From a virus: a stretch of DNA of 64,000 bases. The notes beneath the pieces were generated by a model. The model saw only the letters and a program-made list of their open reading frames with translations. It was not told the DNA's origin and ran no database searches. The DNA lies in IMG/VR virus record IMGVR_UViG_3300025108_000028, positions 1-64,000 of that record; one strand, 5' to 3'. Shown one piece after another: positions 59,265 through 64,000 of this stretch. Both the position numbers and the translations under genes were made by a program. Every line of letters begins with the position of its first letter. The first letter of the stretch is position 1.

Positions 59265-61490
59265 ATGATCCCAACAAGCTCAAGTGCCTCAACAAACGGG
59301 TGTGACAATATATCATCCAATTGTGTAGTGTGGCAAGGTCCAGATATTGCATGTATTGATTTATGTACAGGTGATACAATAACTGATGTTACAGCAAAAC
59401 TAGCAACTAAAGTTTGTGATATAATTACTAACGGAGTTGATGCTAATCCTAATCTTAGTGGATTAGATCTTACTTGTTTAAATATTCAAGGTCAAACACC
59501 AACAACTTTGGTACCTGTGCTACAGGAAATGGTTAATCAGATTTGTGCTAATAGTTCTGGTACAACTGTAGGGACAAGCTCAAATTTAGCCAGATCAAAA
59601 CAAACAACAGATAGTTTACCTATAATGACATTACCTGCATGTATGCAGTATGATGATAAAAATGGAAATCCTGTAACAGAACTACGTTTAGATTTATTTG
59701 CAAGTTTAATTGCCAATCAGGTATGTACTAACTTACAAAGTATTCAGATTATAAATACAACTCTTTCAAGTTATGGTGATAGATTAAATACATTAGAAGC
59801 ATGTGTTTTACCATGTTCTGGAGTTGTAGCTGAAAAGCAAGTTATACCAACTTGTATTATTAATGTAGGTAACTTAACAGATGTATCAGTACTTCTACTT
59901 GCTTTAGAACAAAGATTTTGTGCTTTAGAAAATGCTGTTGGAACACCAACACAGATTAACTCTGCAATAAGTCAAACTTCATTGATAGGGTCTACAAGTT
60001 CATTATCATCAGAAGCAACATACGGTTCTATAACTGGATATAATAATAACCCTAGTACACTTGCACAAAGTGTTCAAAATGCATGGATTGTTATTGATGA
60101 TTTATATAATGCAGTTTCATCTATACAAACAAATTGTTGTCCGACAGGTTGTGATAGTGTTGTTTTTGCATATACAACAAGTAATGTTTTAAATGCTGCA
60201 GGATCTATAGATGCTATAAACTTTGATTTCACATCATCATCTATACCATCTTCATTTACAACACCTGCTGGATCTTCTGTTATTACTTTAACAGATTCAC
60301 TTGGTTCAAGTGCAACAGCAGTAGTAGATGTGACGCAGCTACAATCTAACGGGGGAGGTTACAATTTTCCAATACCAACATTAAATCAGTATGGAAATAT
60401 AAGCGTTTCTATAGACTTTAAAGTTACTGATAGTACATCAACTTGTGAATCAGTTGAATCATCTGTAATAGATGGTGTGATTCCTTGTCCAACTATATTA
60501 TTTACAGATATGACAGTATCAGGTGGAAATGCAAACTTTACAAATTTATTAGGTGTAACAGCACAGTATACCTTAACAATTAGAGAAGCTTCATCAAACA
60601 ATGTTGTTGGTACATATGTTATTAACAATCCAGGATCACAAGTTACACAACCAATAGGAGGATTAACTGCAGCAACAACTTATACAGCAGAGCTTCAAAT
60701 TATAATAAATGGTCAAACAAAAGAGTGTGACAGAGTAGATTTTAATACTGCATCAGCAAGTGCACCTTGTGATGCTGGTATGGATGTAGCATTTATTATA
60801 GACTACACAGGAAGCATGGGGGATGAAATAGATTTTATTAAAACTGGGATGTCTGGTATAATTAATACTATAGATACTTCTTCAGGTTCTAACAACTATA
60901 GAATAGGTATAATAACTGTTGATGAAATGCCAGGTTCAGATGCGCCAAATTATGGAGCTTGTGCAGACTATACGTCATTACCTGCTACTCAAAAAATTGC
61001 TAATACAGGAATTGGGGTAACACAGTATTTAACAGCATGGGAAATGTTCTCAGACAATAATGGAACAACAGCAAATACCCAAGTTCAAAAACTTAATGGT
61101 GGTGTTGATGGAGTATGTGTACAATTGGGTGATGGTAATTATTCTCCTGAACCTACAGATATGGCAATTGGTCAAGTATTAACAGGAAATTTCTTAAATG
61201 CATTTAGAGCAAATGTAGCAAAATATATTGTTGTAATAACTGATGCTTTACCAGGAGGTGATGATGATGCTTTCACTCCAACTGATTATACATACATTGG
61301 TCAATTAACAAATCAAGCTAATAATCAAGGTGTTAAAATAATTGTATTAGGTGATGGTGTGGATGCTACATTTGATAATGGAGGAACAATTGTTTACCCA
61401 TGGAGAGAGTTAGCAATTAATACTGGCGGATCTTGGAATGCAAATGAAGATCCTTCAACAATAAACGCAGAGCTTATAGCAAGCTGCTAA
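59265..61490 (+). CDS. Cys-rich structural protein with FN3-like and C-terminal vWA domains
   Basis: SSNCVVWQGPDI.C N-terminus; GLTAATTY (FN3-like); DVAFIIDYTGSM (MIDAS) and VITDA. Confidence 0.75.
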   Translation: MIPTSSSASTNGCDNISSNCVVWQGPDIACIDLCTGDTITDVTAKLATKVCDIITNGVDANPNLSGLDLTCLNIQGQTPTTLVPVLQEMVNQICANSSGTTVGTSSNLARSKQTTDSLPIMTLPACMQYDDKNGNPVTELRLDLFASLIANQVCTNLQSIQIINTTLSSYGDRLNTLEACVLPCSGVVAEKQVIPTCIINVGNLTDVSVLLLALEQRFCALENAVGTPTQINSAISQTSLIGSTSSLSSEATYGSITGYNNNPSTLAQSVQNAWIVIDDLYNAVSSIQTNCCPTGCDSVVFAYTTSNVLNAAGSIDAINFDFTSSSIPSSFTTPAGSSVITLTDSLGSSATAVVDVTQLQSNGGGYNFPIPTLNQYGNISVSIDFKVTDSTSTCESVESSVIDGVIPCPTILFTDMTVSGGNANFTNLLGVTAQYTLTIREASSNNVVGTYVINNPGSQVTQPIGGLTAATTYTAELQIIINGQTKECDRVDFNTASASAPCDAGMDVAFIIDYTGSMGDEIDFIKTGMSGIINTIDTSSGSNNYRIGIITVDEMPGSDAPNYGACADYTSLPATQKIANTGIGVTQYLTAWEMFSDNNGTTANTQVQKLNGGVDGVCVQLGDGNYSPEPTDMAIGQVLTGNFLNAFRANVAKYIVVITDALPGGDDDAFTPTDYTYIGQLTNQANNQGVKIIVLGDGVDATFDNGGTIVYPWRELAINTGGSWNANEDPSTINAELIASC

Positions 61491-61506
61491 AATAAAATAA
61501 TAAAAA

Positions 61507-62067
61507 ATGGCATGTAATTGTTCAAATAATAGTAGTAATTGTGGATGCAATGATGTTGCATTAACTAACCCTTGTTCATACACTGATTGTAGTGTTGGTA
61601 GTGAAAGATGTGAAGATATTCAATGTGCTTCATGTGTAAGTTATTGTGGTACATCTTTTCAAATAGGTGATCCTGGTAGCAAAATAGTTATAACTTCTGG
61701 TGAAAGACTTGATTCTATTATACAGAAGTTTTCTATGATTTTAGCAAATGGTTTAGGTGCTTGTACATCAGATGATGTTCAACATGATCCATATAATGTA
61801 TATGCAGGTGTAGTTACTAAAAACTCTGCAGAAGTTCTGTGGAATGGAGTTTGGAGTAATAGTACTGGTATAAATATTTATATAGATACACAAATTAATC
61901 CGCAAGGATGGACATTGGTAAATGCTACACCTATTGTACCAACTACAAATAATTTTAAAATAACAAATCTAGTTCCAAATACTCTTTACAAAATTAAAGT
62001 TGTAGATGCAGGTTTAGGTTCTAGTTGTATACCTATTGAAATTTTAATTTCAACGGGAGCACAATAA
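61507..62067 (+). CDS. Cys-rich protein with FN3-like C-terminus
   Basis: CV.Y.G...GERLDSIIQK resembles the N-terminus of the previous gene; ITNL.PNTLY.IKV. Confidence 0.7.
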   Translation: MACNCSNNSSNCGCNDVALTNPCSYTDCSVGSERCEDIQCASCVSYCGTSFQIGDPGSKIVITSGERLDSIIQKFSMILANGLGACTSDDVQHDPYNVYAGVVTKNSAEVLWNGVWSNSTGINIYIDTQINPQGWTLVNATPIVPTTNNFKITNLVPNTLYKIKVVDAGLGSSCIPIEILISTGAQ

Positions 62068-62114
62068 AATAACAACAGGTGGTGGTTTGTTGGTTTTCTA
62101 CTACAAACGTTGGA

Positions 62115-62148
62115 AGAGGCCGGGTTTAACTCCGGTCTCTTTTTTTTT
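62115..62148 (+). terminator. Intrinsic terminator
   Basis: AGAGGCCGGG-TTTAA-CTCCGGTCTCT followed by a T-run. Confidence 0.8.
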
Positions 62149-62178
62149 CTTATCTTTACAATAATCAAAAAAATTTTT

Positions 62179-63402
62179 ATGGACAATTTAAAACAGAGAG
62201 TATTAGAATCATTAAAATGGAAAAAGCATCCTTCTATTAGTAGTGCAAGACTTGGTATAACTGAGAAACAATACAGAAAGATCAAAAAAGAATTGTTAAC
62301 TGAGAGGAAGAATAAAAAAAAGAAATCAATATTTTTTAGCAAAGCAGTAGAAAATGCTCAGGTTGTAGAAGCAATTGATTTAGAAAAAGGAGAAGGTAAG
62401 ATATCAGGAACTTTTGATCATGAACCTAAAAGTGCAGAAGAAATAATTGAGTTACTAAAAATAGATACTGATAGGTGGAAGCTATCTCAGTATTGGAATA
62501 AACAAATGGGTGATCACTGGAGAGTGTCAGCATTAGTATCTCAGATTAAAAATCCAGAAGAAAAGCTTTTTAAAGAGTTATTAGAAAACTGGAAACCCAA
62601 GACTTATAAATTACCTAAAGTTAATCTAAAGAATATTGTCTCAAATGATCCTGTGTGTGGTGTAATATCATTACAAGATATTCATTTTGGAAAAGAAGGT
62701 AATGATACTATAGATAAAGATTTTGAAGATACAGTTACCTACCTAATACAAAAGGCAGCTCCAGTTAATTATATAGAGAGAATGTATTTTGTTGTAGGAG
62801 GTGATTTAATAAACATGGATACATTTGATGGTACTACCACTAGTGGAACAGGATTAGACAACTGTATGCCTGCTACAGAGGCTTATATGCAAGCGTTTGA
62901 TGCAATGCATTGGGCTATAAATTATATTAAAGCATATTGTAAAGAATTAGTTGTTGTATATGTTCCGGGTAATCATGATAGATTATCTTCTTTTCATTTA
63001 GTTCATGCTTTATCTAAATCTATTATTAGTGATGAGATAGTTTGGGATACCAAATATGAAGAAAGAAAAGTTCATGTATGGCATAATAACTTTAATGCTT
63101 TTGAGCATGGTGATAAACGCAGCAAGAATAATCCACTGATATATGCATCAGAGTATCCAAAAGAATGGGGTGCTACAACAAACAGAACATTATTCAAAGG
63201 TCATATACATACAGATAAAAAAGTAGAATATATGACATCTAATGAAACAGCTGGTTTTATAGAAAAGACACTTCCAAGTTTAGGAAAGACAGATTACTAC
63301 CACTATAGTAACAAGTATGTGGGTAATAGAAGATCTGGTAAATTAGAAATTCAACACCCAACAATGGGAAATATATGCGTATTAACTTACCAAGCAATAT
63401 AA
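62179..63402 (+). CDS. Calcineurin-like metallophosphoesterase
   Basis: DIHFG, GGDL, PGNHD, HGD and GHIH motifs. ATG at 62179 preferred, since the ORF-track extension spans a terminator. Confidence 0.85.
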   Translation: MDNLKQRVLESLKWKKHPSISSARLGITEKQYRKIKKELLTERKNKKKKSIFFSKAVENAQVVEAIDLEKGEGKISGTFDHEPKSAEEIIELLKIDTDRWKLSQYWNKQMGDHWRVSALVSQIKNPEEKLFKELLENWKPKTYKLPKVNLKNIVSNDPVCGVISLQDIHFGKEGNDTIDKDFEDTVTYLIQKAAPVNYIERMYFVVGGDLINMDTFDGTTTSGTGLDNCMPATEAYMQAFDAMHWAINYIKAYCKELVVVYVPGNHDRLSSFHLVHALSKSIISDEIVWDTKYEERKVHVWHNNFNAFEHGDKRSKNNPLIYASEYPKEWGATTNRTLFKGHIHTDKKVEYMTSNETAGFIEKTLPSLGKTDYYHYSNKYVGNRRSGKLEIQHPTMGNICVLTYQAI

Positions 63403-63440
63403 AGACCTCACTTTAAATTTCATTAAGTGGGGTTTTTTTT
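63402..63440 (+). terminator. Intrinsic terminator
   Basis: AAGACCTCACTT...AAGTGGGGTTTTTTTT. Confidence 0.75.
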
Positions 63441-63462
63441 GTAAATTATAAATGTAGACTGT

Positions 63463-64000
63463 ATGATTAATAATTTTAAAAAACCTGATTTGAATGCTCC
63501 AAGATACAGACAAAAAAGATTGGGGTTATTAAATGAAGAAACATATAGAGAATTCAAAGAGAAAAAACCTTTGTATTCTAAAATAGATAATAAGAAGCTA
63601 AAAAAAATAATTAAAACATATAATGAAAATTTATGGCATGCTGTAATAGATAATAGAGATGGTGTTGAATTACCTGATTCATTAGGATTTATGTTTATTG
63701 GAACATGCCCTAACTCTAAATCAGTTAATACAAATTATGCATTATCTAATCAGTATGGTAAAGTTTTACAAAACAAGAACTGGGAAACAGATGGTAATTT
63801 AGGAAAAATATTTTATACAAACTGGTCAACAAAGTACAGATTTAAAAACAGAGAACTTTGGAGATTTAAAGCGTGTAGAAATTTTAAAAGAACAGTTGCC
63901 AAAGACTACCCAAAAAATTGGACAAAGTATGTTATAATGAAAAATAAGTATAGGGTAGCTCATCTTTATGATAAGACACCTGACAAAACTAATGAAGCTC
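63463..64000 (+). CDS. Basic protein with HU/IHF-like segment, 3'-truncated by the window
   Basis: MINNFKKPDLNAPRYR...IIKTYNENLW..VI....GVELP..LG.MFIG; open to the window end. Confidence 0.55.
   Translation, partial: MINNFKKPDLNAPRYRQKRLGLLNEETYREFKEKKPLYSKIDNKKLKKIIKTYNENLWHAVIDNRDGVELPDSLGFMFIGTCPNSKSVNTNYALSNQYGKVLQNKNWETDGNLGKIFYTNWSTKYRFKNRELWRFKACRNFKRTVAKDYPKNWTKYVIMKNKYRVAHLYDKTPDKTNEA

Noticed and set aside
206-62342. Short antisense or nested ORFs in the track (e.g. 206-427, 4651-4911, 13597-13881, 23186-23611, 40866-41210, 55433-55843, 61986-62342)
   Set aside because: They lie opposite or inside well-supported genes and have no recognisable motifs.
1-64000. Stop-codon reassignment, as in some crAss-like phages
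   Set aside because: Polymerase, terminase, portal, capsid and fibre genes are intact under the standard code; TAG and TGA end genes at sensible places; no suppressor tRNA is present.

Overview
A 64-kb slice of a large, AT-rich lytic tailed-phage genome with crAss-like (Crassvirales-related) gene content and order. The host is most likely Bacteroidota/Flavobacteriia: there are TAnnTTTG promoters and a lipoprotein starting SCQKEE. No host genes, integrase, rRNA or CRISPR array are seen, and the standard genetic code fits. Layout: (1) 1-2238, + strand, end of a virion/adhesin block. (2) 2240-29680, almost all minus strand: nucleotide/repair genes (DUF5664, MazG-like, spore-photoproduct-lyase-like radical SAM, UNG), family-B DNA polymerase, RecE-like nuclease, a MoxR-type AAA+/DUF2201 peptidase-vWA module, RusA, primase, SSB, Sak4-like ATPase, DnaB, SF2 helicase, three abutting tRNAs and small early genes. 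(3) A divergence region near 29.7-29.9 kb. (4) 29934-64000, + strand: small basic proteins, endolysin, HU-like protein, GroES, terminase, portal, scaffold, major capsid, tail/fibre proteins, Cys-rich vWA/FN3 proteins and a metallophosphoesterase. The best leads are: a five-gene AAA+/vWA module whose three flanking proteins share an unannotated helical motif, two of them also with a BRCT-like segment; an SPL-like enzyme with a CX3CX4C motif in a genome that also has a cluster of very basic small proteins; a GC-rich 14-bp motif (ACTGCTCCCNWCCT) upstream of minus-strand units; a cassette-like repeat starting at a tRNA 3' end; and three tRNAs with zero spacers. All functional calls come from motif recognition by eye, not from database searches.
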